Counted from the first letter of the stretch, positions 9,910-20,498 are shown. The stretch is 64,000 nt of DNA from Bacteroidia bacterium (GCA_036399275.1 DASWNK010000010.1:7188-71187), one strand, 5' to 3'. Numbers and translations are program-made. Notes: a model not told the origin generated them from the sequence alone.

Positions 9910-10863
9910 ATGAAGAAAATCTACACTATTATAATGTTGTCACTAAGCATGATTACTTATAAAACCGTAAAGGCGCAGGATCCCCAGTTCACACAATTTT
10001 ACGCCAACCCGCTTTATCTCAACCCTGCTCTTGCCGGTTCGAATATTTGTCCCCGTGTATGCATTAATTACCGCAACCAATGGCCTGGCATCTCGGGAAC
10101 TTATGTAACCACCAGCGCTTCCATCGACCGATATGTTTTTGGAATAAAAAGCGGCATCGGACTTCTGGTAACAAATGACAGGGCCGGGCAAGGAACACTC
10201 AATACCACCAATGTGAGTGCGATCTATTCAAAACAAATTCAGGTTACCCGTAATTTTTCCATCAATGCCGGATTACAGGCAACTTACGGTCAAAAATCCA
10301 TCGACTGGAGTAAACTTACCTTCGGCGATATGATTGACGACCGCAGAGGCTTTGTATATACTTCTGAAGAAACTCCCGGAAGAACACAGCGCTCTTTCGT
10401 TGATTTTTCTGCGGGAGCAGTTGCGTTCAGTAAATACCTTTTTGTAGGCTTTGCTGCTCATCACCTGACACAACCGGATGAAGGACTGATATACTCAAGC
10501 AAGCTTCCTATAAAATTTACTGGCCATGCAGGTGCAACCATCCCTGTTGGTGACAAAAAAAATGAAACCTCTGTTTCACCCAATATTATCTATCAGCAAC
10601 AACAGGATTTTCAGCAGCTGAACCTGGGTGTGTACGTTACAAAAGGTGCATTAGTAGGTGGATTGTGGTACCGCAACAACGATGCATTTATTCTATTGGT
10701 CGGTTTCCAGCACGGCGTTTTCAAAGCCGGTTACAGTTATGATGTAACGGTTTCCAAGCTTACAAATGCTTCGGCAGGTTCGCATGAGATCTCTATCGGG
10801 ATGAATTTCTATTGTAAAAAACCGAGACCAAAATATCGCCCGGAAGTTTGTCCGAGTTTTTAG
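9910..10863 (+). CDS. PorP/SprF family type IX secretion system membrane protein
   Basis: N-terminal signature AQDPQFTQFYANPLYLNPALAGS in a ~317-aa beta-barrel-type protein. Confidence 0.85.
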   Translation: MKKIYTIIMLSLSMITYKTVKAQDPQFTQFYANPLYLNPALAGSNICPRVCINYRNQWPGISGTYVTTSASIDRYVFGIKSGIGLLVTNDRAGQGTLNTTNVSAIYSKQIQVTRNFSINAGLQATYGQKSIDWSKLTFGDMIDDRRGFVYTSEETPGRTQRSFVDFSAGAVAFSKYLFVGFAAHHLTQPDEGLIYSSKLPIKFTGHAGATIPVGDKKNETSVSPNIIYQQQQDFQQLNLGVYVTKGALVGGLWYRNNDAFILLVGFQHGVFKAGYSYDVTVSKLTNASAGSHEISIGMNFYCKKPRPKYRPEVCPSF

Positions 10864-11035
10864 ATGCAGATCTTAATCGTTGATAAAGTTGAATGATGAT
10901 TTAACAGAAGCTTAAGGGAATTAGAGAGCCCCTGAAATTATGCGACTGTAAATCCTGGCGACAACCAGGAATAGTAATTCGGTGAAAGCCGAATGTTTAT
11001 AAAGTGAATGAATTATTCATTTTAGTTTAGAGGGC

Positions 11036-11075
11036 AGAAAAGCCGCCGGAAAGGTTCCGGCGGCTTTCTGTTTTT
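11036..11075. terminator. Bidirectional rho-independent terminator between convergent genes
   Basis: agccgccggaaaggttccggcggct hairpin with an A-run upstream and a T-run downstream. Confidence 0.6.
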
Positions 11076-11085
11076 ATGTGGATTC

Positions 11086-13572
11086 TTAATTCCCTATATA
11101 ACTTATTTTAAAAACCGTTCTGCGGTTTTGTTTGTGTTCCGCATCTGAACACTCAAAACCGTTTACACATTTATTAGTAAGCTCTGTTTCGCCAAACCCT
11201 TTTCCGGTTACCCGTCTTTTATCTATACCTTTCGCAGTCATATATTCCACTACTGTTTTCGCCCGCTTTTGTGAAAGCTCCATATTGTATTCATCCCCGG
11301 CAACAGCGTCTGTATGTGCCTGCACTTCAATAATCAGTTTGGCATTACTCTTCAGCGCTTCAACCGCTTTATCGATCAGCACTTCCGCTTCCGGCAGAAT
11401 GTCGAAAGAGCCTGAAGCATAATAGACATTTTCAATAATCAGCATTTCCGATTTATCTTTAGAAAGCTTCAAAGCCTTTAACCAAGGGTCGGTAGCAGAT
11501 ATCTTTACAAGCTGCGCTTTGTCCGCCGGCAATAACCTATATTGAAAATATCCTGATGGATTTCTCATCAACTCCTTGATAATCTTTCCATTCTCATCAG
11601 TAATCAAAATCTTATTTTCTTTAATATTTTTCGATTCAACACTGTCTGTTTTGATAGTGTAATTGGTTCTTGGCGCCATTCTGGAAAATAAGAACGCTCC
11701 TAATCCATCCGTCTTTTTGCTGGCAACGGCTTCGCCTTTTTCATTCATCAATATCACCGTTATGTTGGAAATCGGAGTTTTGTTTTCATTCCCTGCAATC
11801 AGTTTTCCCTTAATATCCACCAACAGAGGTGCATCATCGAGCGTCATTAAAGACATTGCGCTGTAATCCGAAGGAAGTATCTGAAATTTAAATTTCTGTT
11901 TTCCATCTTCCGCAGAAACCAATACCGGAGTTCCCGCTTCATCGGTAATCATGAATTTCGGCGCTTTGGCCAAAGGACTATCTGTTACATCCATCGTTAA
12001 AAAATAACCCTGATCATAGGGAAGGTTGTCAAACTTAAACCGGCCATCAGGATCGGTTTTAGATTTGAAGAAGATCTCTCCTTTATCATTCACCAAGTAT
12101 ATTTCCCTGTTCTGAAATGGTAATTTATTTCCATCATCCGACAAAATCTTTCCGGCGAAGGTTACTCTAACTTTTGAATCGTTAATGATCCGGCCCACTT
12201 TGATCGTTTTAGAGGATACATTGTGATAGATGTCTGATACGGTAATTTCCAGCTTACGCAAATCCGCCTTTAGCAGAATGTGGCATTTGAATTCCGGATT
12301 TAGCTCTGCCTCATTATACTTTACAATTACACCATTGATTTTAATAAATTCTATCTGGCTTTTATCTTTTACATATCCCTCAATCACCAAGTCAATCTGA
12401 TTATCAAACACATTGATAAAATTATTCAAATCGATCAAAGGGTATTCTATTTTAATATCCGGAGCATCGCTTTCCCGGTTTGCATCATACAATTTTTGTT
12501 TTGTATCCGCCAGCATCTTTATATCTTCCGGGTTATTGCTGATTGCTGCTGATTTGCTGAAGTCCGCAATTGCTGCTTTGTAATTACTTGCTTCCAGGTA
12601 GCACTTGCCACGGTTACGGTAGGCTTCGGCATATTTATCATCCAACTGAAGGCTTTTCGTGAAATCGTTAATGGCACTCTGAAACTGACTTGTTATCTGA
12701 TAAACCACACCTCGTTGATAAATAGCATCCCTGTCTTTTTCGTTCATTACTACCGCTTTGGTCAGATCACCGATTGCATTCGTAAAATCGTTTTTCAACA
12801 GATAAGGAAAACTCCGGTAGTAAAAAATCTTAAAATTTTGAGGAGCAATGGTATCACCAGCGTCCAATGTTGCAGCAGTACTGTAATTTTTAATTGCTTC
12901 ATCGTACAGGGCTGTCCGCGTTTGCGCCATGGCCAGGTTAGTAAAATAGGTTTTGAATACCGGCAACGGCTTTACATCATTTGGCTTAATTCCTTTCATG
13001 ATAGTAACGGCACGTTGATATTCCACTACAGCAACAGGATAATCCTTAAGACTGTCCTTGCTCATTCCTTTCAAATAATGCAAGCGATGGTTATACTGAT
13101 TTTTTAACAAGGCGGCTTCACAAATGGCCAAAGCCTCTTCAAACTTTTTTGTATTGATCAGACACCAGGCTTTCTGCTCATACGCTTCGATATTACTTTT
13201 ATCATTCTCCATTACGCGGTCAAGATCGAACATCGCCTGAGGCCATAGTTTCAGCTGAATCTTCAGCTCCGCTGCTTTCAGGTATACTTTCTCATCCTTG
13301 CTGTTAATGATCAATGCTTTATCATAATCTGCTATGGCTTTTACCAGCTCCTTCTTCTTCTCATATTCTTTCGCACGCTCAAGGTACAATTCATCATCTG
13401 TTGGTTTTAGCTCAATGGCTTTGGTAAATCTATTAATGGCTTCATCAGATTTTCCTTGTTGAGCAAGCTCTTTGCCTTCCTTTGAATACTTCCCTGCACT
13501 TTGGGAAAATGAGTACCAGGTGATGCTAAGAAAATGAATAGAAAACAGTACGCGCAAAAGCATTTTTGTCAT
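11086..13572 (-). CDS. TPR-repeat / carboxypeptidase-regulatory-like / OmpA_C peptidoglycan-binding protein (PorE-like T9SS-associated protein)
   Basis: Signal peptide, an N-terminal array of TPRs and central CarboxypepD_reg-like beta-sandwich segments. The C-terminal OmpA-like domain reads TDAVAGDEYNMELSQKRAKTVVEYM. Confidence 0.65.
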   Translation of the reverse strand: MTKMLLRVLFSIHFLSITWYSFSQSAGKYSKEGKELAQQGKSDEAINRFTKAIELKPTDDELYLERAKEYEKKKELVKAIADYDKALIINSKDEKVYLKAAELKIQLKLWPQAMFDLDRVMENDKSNIEAYEQKAWCLINTKKFEEALAICEAALLKNQYNHRLHYLKGMSKDSLKDYPVAVVEYQRAVTIMKGIKPNDVKPLPVFKTYFTNLAMAQTRTALYDEAIKNYSTAATLDAGDTIAPQNFKIFYYRSFPYLLKNDFTNAIGDLTKAVVMNEKDRDAIYQRGVVYQITSQFQSAINDFTKSLQLDDKYAEAYRNRGKCYLEASNYKAAIADFSKSAAISNNPEDIKMLADTKQKLYDANRESDAPDIKIEYPLIDLNNFINVFDNQIDLVIEGYVKDKSQIEFIKINGVIVKYNEAELNPEFKCHILLKADLRKLEITVSDIYHNVSSKTIKVGRIINDSKVRVTFAGKILSDDGNKLPFQNREIYLVNDKGEIFFKSKTDPDGRFKFDNLPYDQGYFLTMDVTDSPLAKAPKFMITDEAGTPVLVSAEDGKQKFKFQILPSDYSAMSLMTLDDAPLLVDIKGKLIAGNENKTPISNITVILMNEKGEAVASKKTDGLGAFLFSRMAPRTNYTIKTDSVESKNIKENKILITDENGKIIKELMRNPSGYFQYRLLPADKAQLVKISATDPWLKALKLSKDKSEMLIIENVYYASGSFDILPEAEVLIDKAVEALKSNAKLIIEVQAHTDAVAGDEYNMELSQKRAKTVVEYMTAKGIDKRRVTGKGFGETELTNKCVNGFECSDAEHKQNRRTVFKISYIGN

Positions 13573-13708
13573 GTCGCTAAATTAAAACAATTTTCGGAAA
13601 ATGGCAGGCCTTCCATACAAGTGCTCAGGACTTCAGCCGTTTATAAATCCGGCATTATTTTAACAATTGTTTTATAAGCCTTACCTTTACAACCTTAAAT
13701 CAAATAAT

Positions 13709-14674
13709 ATGAGGCACCTTTATAAATTATTTTTTTTAACTGTCCTATTTGCTCCGGGGTGTACCACAACTGAAAAAGATGTTGCGGAAGAAAAAGTGCA
13801 GGTTGATCAAACCGATTCAACAGCAAACGTAAAACATCAGAAGCTGGCTTATGCACTGGCATATAATAAAACATTAGCCCTCTGGCAAGTCCCTTTCGAA
13901 GAGCGGAAAATAGCCACTAGCTTTGGCCCCGCGCAGGTGATCATCAGCGGACCGGTTGATGGTGAACCACTCGTGCTGCTGCATGGAATGAATGCAAGTT
14001 CCACAATGTGGTACCCGAATATTAAAGCTTTTTCAGAACAGTACAGAGTATATGCCATTGACTTTCTGCTCGAACCAGGAAAATCAATGAATGAAAAAGA
14101 GATTGGCAGTACAGAACAGCTCATTGACTGGTATTATGAAATTTTTGAGCAGCTCAAATTAAATGAATTCAGTATGGTGGGAGCTTCCCGTGGTGGCTGG
14201 CTGGCGATCAACATTGCGCTTCGCGATTCAACCCGGATTAATAAAATAGCGCTTTTAAGCCCCGCACAAGCGTTTATCTGGATCCGACCGCAATCAGATA
14301 TTATCCAAAACGTTGGTTATTCGCTCCTCCCGAGGAGAAAACGCCTGCGGTCTGTTTTAAAAACAATGACTACAGATGTAGACAAGCTGGATCAAAAATT
14401 TATCGAACAATATTTTATTGCAACGGAAGAATCTGACATGGATAATTGCATTCTTCAAATGACACCGTTCTCAGCAGATCAGCTGAAATCATTGAAAATG
14501 CCCGTATTAGTGCTGATTGGCGACAATGATATTATCAATAATGAAAAAAGTCTGGAAACGGCAAAATACATTCCGCTCGTGGAAACTGCCACAATAAATA
14601 ATGCGGGACATTTTTTGTCCTTTGATCAACCCGAAATTATTAATAAGAAGGTGTTGGATTTCTTAAAGAAATAG
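13709..14674 (+). CDS. Alpha/beta hydrolase fold lipoprotein
   Basis: Lipoprotein-type signal (FAPGC), HGMNASS oxyanion region and the nucleophile elbow GASRGG. Start chosen at internal Met 13709. Confidence 0.7.
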   Translation: MRHLYKLFFLTVLFAPGCTTTEKDVAEEKVQVDQTDSTANVKHQKLAYALAYNKTLALWQVPFEERKIATSFGPAQVIISGPVDGEPLVLLHGMNASSTMWYPNIKAFSEQYRVYAIDFLLEPGKSMNEKEIGSTEQLIDWYYEIFEQLKLNEFSMVGASRGGWLAINIALRDSTRINKIALLSPAQAFIWIRPQSDIIQNVGYSLLPRRKRLRSVLKTMTTDVDKLDQKFIEQYFIATEESDMDNCILQMTPFSADQLKSLKMPVLVLIGDNDIINNEKSLETAKYIPLVETATINNAGHFLSFDQPEIINKKVLDFLKK

Positions 14675-14690
14675 AAAAGCAAAAATAAAA

Positions 14691-14717
14691 AAAGCAGGAA
14701 TAGACCCTGCTTTTTTT
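14691..14717. terminator. Bidirectional terminator between convergent genes
   Basis: aaagcagg-N7-cctgcttt hairpin flanked by A and T runs. Confidence 0.55.
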
Positions 14718-14732
14718 ATGTAAAAAATTCCT

Positions 14733-17700
14733 TTACTTCTGGATTATAATTTTCTTAGTTAGATTCCCAGTTTCCGATTCTATCTTCATGAAATAGATTC
14801 CGCTGGGCTGATCCGAGAGATTGAATTTAGTTTGGACTCCCTCAATTTTTTGTTCGGTTATTTTTTCACCAAGCATATTGATGATAGTAAAAGACGATAA
14901 TTGAATGCCAGTGTATTGAAGTGTAAAGTTTCCATTGCCAGGGTTTGGATAAATAATCATATTATCTGTTAGCTGATGTGTTTCTTCTATTCCGGCAGTA
15001 ATGCATGAAGGCGGAGCTGCCACAACAACAGGGAAATATTGATCCGCACCGCTCCCATCACCCAATGCTCCCGACCAGTTTCTCCCCCAGGACCAATACG
15101 TTTTGTCTGTCTTTTTACACAATGAATGCTGATATGCGCCCGAAATCTCTATTACATTATTAAGACTTGCGATATGGTAGGGGTAATATTTTGGATTAGC
15201 CGCTGAAGCAGTTCCGTCACCAAGCTGGCCGTATTCGTTTGAGCCGGTTGAATAAACCGTTCCATCGCTTTTAAGTATTAATGAATGTTGATAGCCACTT
15301 GCTACAGCAACTACGCTGTTAATACTATCCATTTGAACGGCATAAGTATGATAGTAAGGCGGAGGCGACATTCCAATTCCTAATTCTCCATTATAATTAC
15401 TTCCCCATCCCCAAACAGTGCCATCATTTTTTATAGCCAAACTGGAACTACCACAGGTAGAAATATCAACTACATTGGAAAGTCCTTTTACTTTTACCGG
15501 ATAATTTCTGCTGATAGTAGAACTGTCACCTAATTCTCCATTATAATTAGCGCCCCAGGCCCAAACAGTCCCGTCATCTTTTAGAGCTAAAGCGTGGCCA
15601 GCTCCTGCGGCAACAGCAATAACTCCCTTGAAAGCCGGGATCATTACAGGAGATGTTGTGGAAACATTTGTGCTGTCACCTAAATTTCCTAATGCATTAT
15701 AACCCCAACCCCAAACCGTTCCATCTGTTCTCAGCGCAATACCAAAATTAACCCCTCCGGCAACATCAATTACATTGCTGAGTGTAATCTGTTGCGGAAT
15801 ATTAACAGATGTAGTGCTACCAATCCCAAGTTCTCCCTGAACGTTATTGCCCCAACTATACAGGGACCCATCCTTAAGAATAGCAAACGCGTGTAATTGA
15901 CCGGCTGCAACGTCTGTTACAGAAGTAAGGTTTAAGATAGACACCGGAGTCGGCGCAGCTATTATCGTGGAACCAATTCCAAGCTGTCCACCAGAATTGG
16001 AGCCCCATGATTGACCCAAACTATCATTACAGATCGCCAGTGAGAAAGCGTTACCGCTTGCAATAGTTTTATGCTTTAACTTTAATGTAACTGTAATTGC
16101 TGATGTATTTGAACAACCTGCTGCAGTGGTTCCAGTTACAGTATAGGTAGATGATGTGACAGGCATAAAGGAAACACCGTTCGTTATTCCGGAGCTCCAG
16201 GAGTATGCATTTGCTCCGGAACCGGTTAAAGTAATTGATGATCCGGGAATTATAATAGTCGAAGTTGAATTTGCGATTACAGGAACCGGAGGTGTTGGAT
16301 TAACCAAAACGGTATCAATGCTGTTGCAGCCATTGGCATCTGTGATGCTAACGATGTATTGCGCTGCCATTAAATTTGTTGCAGTTGGTGTAGATTGAAC
16401 CGGCGTTGTATTCCAATTGTAGTTGAATGGAGCAAGTCCAGAAGTAGGTGTTGCTGTTGCACTTCCATTATTTCCACCACTGCAAACCGGAGAAATGGAT
16501 GAAACTGTTGCTGTAACAGGACCGGATGTAGTCGAAAGATTAAATATTGCTGAACTCTGACAACCATTAATATCCGTTATCTGAACCGAATAAGCGCCGG
16601 GTAATAAGCTATTTACAGATGAGGTTGTCATCCCATTACTCCATAAATAAGCATACGGTAAAGTTCCTCCAATTACGCTCGGCACTGCTGCTCCGTTGTT
16701 TATTCCACATGATGGTGAAGTTACTGTAATTGTCACTCCCAAACTGCCAGGCTGAGTAATAGTAAATGAATAAACAGAAGTATCATTACACACAGAGTCT
16801 ATAAAATTAAGTGTATATACACCAGGTGACAATCCTGAAATGGCCTGTGTAGTAGCACCATTCATCCACTCATAAATAAAACCACCGCTTCCACCAAACG
16901 CAGATACACTAATCACTCCATCGTTCGCAGAAAAGCAGGAAACATTAGTTATTGCCGGCAACACAAGCGGCCCGTTTGTAATAGTAATAGTGGATACTTG
17001 TGTATTTCCAGCGTTATCCGTTACGGTTACAGTATACGTACCGCTTGTAAGGCCTGTTGCCGTGGATGTTGTTTGCCCATCGCTCCATAAATAAACATAA
17101 GGCATTAACCCTCCTGCTACTGAAGCGGTAGCGGTTCCAGTGCCATTACTACATACTGTACTTGAAGAAGAGAAGACGATTGTGAGCGGACCTGCAACAC
17201 TGCATCCGACGGCGGACTGCACTTCGGTATACCTGTAATTGAGGTTTGTTCCATCACCAATTTGTCCTGTAACATTTAATCCCCAGGCATGCACTGTTCC
17301 ATCATTTTTAATGGCCAGGGAATGAGCAGAGCCTCCTGCCACAAGACCTACTCCGGTTAAGCCGACTGTTTGAACAGGAACAATTCTATTCACGGTAAAC
17401 CCATCCCCTAATTGTCCGGAACCGTTTAATCCCCATGCCCATACCGTTCCATTTGATTTTACAGCCAGTGAATGACTCATCCCGGCTGCAATGGCAACTA
17501 TGTTTGTAAGGCTGGTTACCTGAACGGGAGTTGTTCTATAAATAATGGTGTTATCTCCCAGCTCCCCATTGTTATTGATTCCACAAGCCCAAACGGTACC
17601 GTCATCTTTTAAAAACAGGGAGTGATTTTCTCCAGCCGCAATTGCTACAACATTCGTAAGACCCGGCACTTGAATAGCTATGTTACTTGTACTTACAACA

Positions 17701-20498
17701 CTGGTACCTAATTGCCCCCACCCGTTTGATCCAAAGGCCCAAACTGTTCCATCATTTTTTAAAGCGAGCGAATGATTATAACCGGCTGCTATAGCAACAA
17801 TTCCTGTTAATCCCGTTACTTGTACTGCAGAAGGACGAATGGTTGTTGTTCCATCGCCTAATTGACCACTGGTGTTTTTTCCGAAGGTCCACACAGTTCC
17901 ATTATTCTTCAAAGCCATGGAATGTTCCTTACCCCCTGCTATTGCAACAATGCCCGTTAAGCCTATAACAGGCACCGGCAGAACCCTTTGTGTTACTGTT
18001 CCATCGCCTAATTGTCCTGCATTATTTCTTCCCCATGATCTTACGGTTCCATCACTTTTAACTGCGAGTGAATGCCAGTAGCCTGCAGCAATACCTTCAA
18101 CACCTGTTATTCCGGACACGACAACAGGATTATCTCTTTCAACCAAAGTTCCGTCACCGATCTGGCCGGTAGAATTATACCCCCAGGCATTTGCGTTAGT
18201 ACTTGTGCAGACTGCTAACGAATGCCCCAATCCCCCTGATATTATCTGACTGGGATTAAGAACTGTTACAATGATCGTCACCACATTAAAGCATGCGCCT
18301 CCGTTTGTTCCGGTCACTGAATATGCATTCGTAGAACCGGGAGTAAATGACACACCGTTTGTAATACCGCTGCTCCATGAAAGGGAAGAAGGACCTGTTG
18401 CTGTTAAAGTGACCGGTGTTCCAGGAAAAACCAGTGTTGCCGAAGCAGAGACATTAATATTAATCGGATTTATTACCGATACATTTGTTGTATCGATAAA
18501 AACGCATCCGGCTGCATCTGTAATGGTTAAAATATATTCCCCTTTTGGTAATCCTACAGCAGTTGGTGTTGTTTGTACCGGTGAAGAGTTCCAGGAGTAT
18601 GTATATAGCGATGTACCCGAATATACAGTTGCAGAAGCCGATCCTGTAGAATCCAAGTCACAAGCGACATCAGAAACAGATGTAATGGCTGCAGTAAGAG
18701 CAGGAGATAATAATGGTATATTGACAACTGTCACTACCGAGCAACCTTTAGCATCCGTAGTTGTAAGTGTATAGCTCCCGGGGGCAAGATTCGTCAGCGA
18801 AGATGAAGTACTTCCATTGCTCCACAAATGATAATATGGAAGTGTCCCACCAGAGGTAACTGAAGATGCACTTCCATTATTCTTCCCGCAAGTCGCACCT
18901 GCCGAAGTGATCGTGGAAGTCAGTACGGCTGGTTGGGTAACGATATATGTATTTACAGTTGTGTCCTTACAAACTGAATCGATTTTTGTCAGCGTATAAG
19001 ACCCGGCCGTTAATCCGCTGATATCTTGTGTTATCGCGCCATTAGACCAGCTGTATAGTATTGTTCCAATGCCGGCACCACCACCTACGCTTATATTCAC
19101 CGCACCATTACTCCCGCCATTACAGGATATATTGGTAATGCTGCTTGAGTAGCCAAGCACTGGCGATGAAGTAATTGTAATGACACGTGTACAACTTATT
19201 CCTTTGCTATCTGTAACAGTAACCGTATAAGTTCCGGCAACAAGATTTATCGCTGTCTGACTTGTTTGGCCATTACTCCAGAGATATGTATATGGTGGAG
19301 TCCCCGAAAGTGCCTGCACAGCCGCACTGCCTGTATTGTCTCCAAAACACAGCACATTCACTTTAGAATGTGTTAATTTAAGGAGTGGAGTAATTGGACA
19401 TAATACGCTTTTTGCCAGCACCGGGATATTCCGGTTGGTCGCGGTGCTATCGCCTAATTCAAACCATGAATTGTTTCCCCATGTCCACAAAGATCCATTA
19501 TTTTTTAATGCCATCGAATGCCCCCATCCACCTGCTATGCTTACTATATCATTCAGAGTGCTAATTTGCAGGGGTGAATTACTAGATACAATTGGCCCAA
19601 CACCTAACTGACCATACGAATTACTTCCCCATGCCCATACGGTGCTATCAGCAGTGAGTGCCAGGGAATGATGCTCCCCGGTGGAAAGCTCCGTGACATC
19701 CATTAATGCGTTCACCTGCACCGGTGTATTTTTACTGATTAGTGTAAGATCACCAATTTGTCCATATCCATTATATCCCCAGGCCCATGCTGAGCCATCA
19801 TTTTTCAGCACCAACGTGTGATTGTTTTCCCCTCCCGATGCGAGTGATACTATTCCTGTCAAACCAGCAACTTGTGTCGCTGATGTAGAATATAATGCAA
19901 CTGAACCCGTGCCTAGTTGTCCATAATTATTTCTTCCCCAAGTCCAAACAGTTCCATCAGCCTTTAATGCTATTGCATGATGCTTACCTGCAGCAACAGC
20001 AATCACGCCTGCTAAGCCGACAACCTGTATCGGGATCGCCCGATTGACAGTCGAGAGGTCACCTAGTTGTCCGTATTGATTATCTCCCCACGCCCATACA
20101 GTTCCATCATTTTTTACAGCGAGTGAAAGATTTTCGCCACAAGCAATTGAGATCACATCTGTCAATCCGGCTACCAAAACCGGAGCGTATCCTGAACCCG
20201 CACCCGGTGCCAGGCCCCAACCCCATACTGTACCGTTATTCCTCAAAACCAAGGAATGATAACTTCCCGCAGCAACAGCGACCGGATTCAATATACTTGG
20301 AAGCGAAACAGGATAAAACCTCAGTGTAGCGGAACCATCCCCAACCTGCCCGTATGTATTATAGCCCCATGATTTTACAGCGCCTGCATTACAGATCAGA
20401 ACATTATGCCCTACTTCGCCATCCATTACCTGCGAGAAAGCTGACTGGAAGAAAAATAAAATAAATATAAAAATCGAAAAGTGGAATTTGTATTTCAT
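14733..20498 (-). CDS. Giant T9SS-secreted cell-surface protein with three RCC1-repeat beta-propellers interleaved with SprB-repeat arrays and a C-terminal Por sorting domain
   Basis: 1921 aa with a signal peptide. Recurrent RCC1 blades (W.WG.N.YGQLGDG) occur in three blocks. SprB-type repeats (CNGG.NG...YS/YLWSNG.T...L..G.YT.T.TD..GC) occur in two blocks. The C-terminal tail IYPNPGNGNF...GIYFMKIE is a T9SS CTD. Confidence 0.85.
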   Translation of the reverse strand: MKYKFHFSIFIFILFFFQSAFSQVMDGEVGHNVLICNAGAVKSWGYNTYGQVGDGSATLRFYPVSLPSILNPVAVAAGSYHSLVLRNNGTVWGWGLAPGAGSGYAPVLVAGLTDVISIACGENLSLAVKNDGTVWAWGDNQYGQLGDLSTVNRAIPIQVVGLAGVIAVAAGKHHAIALKADGTVWTWGRNNYGQLGTGSVALYSTSATQVAGLTGIVSLASGGENNHTLVLKNDGSAWAWGYNGYGQIGDLTLISKNTPVQVNALMDVTELSTGEHHSLALTADSTVWAWGSNSYGQLGVGPIVSSNSPLQISTLNDIVSIAGGWGHSMALKNNGSLWTWGNNSWFELGDSTATNRNIPVLAKSVLCPITPLLKLTHSKVNVLCFGDNTGSAAVQALSGTPPYTYLWSNGQTSQTAINLVAGTYTVTVTDSKGISCTRVITITSSPVLGYSSSITNISCNGGSNGAVNISVGGGAGIGTILYSWSNGAITQDISGLTAGSYTLTKIDSVCKDTTVNTYIVTQPAVLTSTITSAGATCGKNNGSASSVTSGGTLPYYHLWSNGSTSSSLTNLAPGSYTLTTTDAKGCSVVTVVNIPLLSPALTAAITSVSDVACDLDSTGSASATVYSGTSLYTYSWNSSPVQTTPTAVGLPKGEYILTITDAAGCVFIDTTNVSVINPININVSASATLVFPGTPVTLTATGPSSLSWSSGITNGVSFTPGSTNAYSVTGTNGGACFNVVTIIVTVLNPSQIISGGLGHSLAVCTSTNANAWGYNSTGQIGDGTLVERDNPVVVSGITGVEGIAAGYWHSLAVKSDGTVRSWGRNNAGQLGDGTVTQRVLPVPVIGLTGIVAIAGGKEHSMALKNNGTVWTFGKNTSGQLGDGTTTIRPSAVQVTGLTGIVAIAAGYNHSLALKNDGTVWAFGSNGWGQLGTSVVSTSNIAIQVPGLTNVVAIAAGENHSLFLKDDGTVWACGINNNGELGDNTIIYRTTPVQVTSLTNIVAIAAGMSHSLAVKSNGTVWAWGLNGSGQLGDGFTVNRIVPVQTVGLTGVGLVAGGSAHSLAIKNDGTVHAWGLNVTGQIGDGTNLNYRYTEVQSAVGCSVAGPLTIVFSSSSTVCSNGTGTATASVAGGLMPYVYLWSDGQTTSTATGLTSGTYTVTVTDNAGNTQVSTITITNGPLVLPAITNVSCFSANDGVISVSAFGGSGGFIYEWMNGATTQAISGLSPGVYTLNFIDSVCNDTSVYSFTITQPGSLGVTITVTSPSCGINNGAAVPSVIGGTLPYAYLWSNGMTTSSVNSLLPGAYSVQITDINGCQSSAIFNLSTTSGPVTATVSSISPVCSGGNNGSATATPTSGLAPFNYNWNTTPVQSTPTATNLMAAQYIVSITDANGCNSIDTVLVNPTPPVPVIANSTSTIIIPGSSITLTGSGANAYSWSSGITNGVSFMPVTSSTYTVTGTTAAGCSNTSAITVTLKLKHKTIASGNAFSLAICNDSLGQSWGSNSGGQLGIGSTIIAAPTPVSILNLTSVTDVAAGQLHAFAILKDGSLYSWGNNVQGELGIGSTTSVNIPQQITLSNVIDVAGGVNFGIALRTDGTVWGWGYNALGNLGDSTNVSTTSPVMIPAFKGVIAVAAGAGHALALKDDGTVWAWGANYNGELGDSSTISRNYPVKVKGLSNVVDISTCGSSSLAIKNDGTVWGWGSNYNGELGIGMSPPPYYHTYAVQMDSINSVVAVASGYQHSLILKSDGTVYSTGSNEYGQLGDGTASAANPKYYPYHIASLNNVIEISGAYQHSLCKKTDKTYWSWGRNWSGALGDGSGADQYFPVVVAAPPSCITAGIEETHQLTDNMIIYPNPGNGNFTLQYTGIQLSSFTIINMLGEKITEQKIEGVQTKFNLSDQPSGIYFMKIESETGNLTKKIIIQK

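Noticed and set aside
16156-19611. Multiple 60-170-aa ORFs on the + strand inside the giant adhesin gene (16156, 17872, 18271 and 19336)
   Set aside because: They are antisense to a continuous 1921-codon ORF with strong domain support. Their compositions are typical of antisense translation of Gly/Thr/Ser-rich codons.
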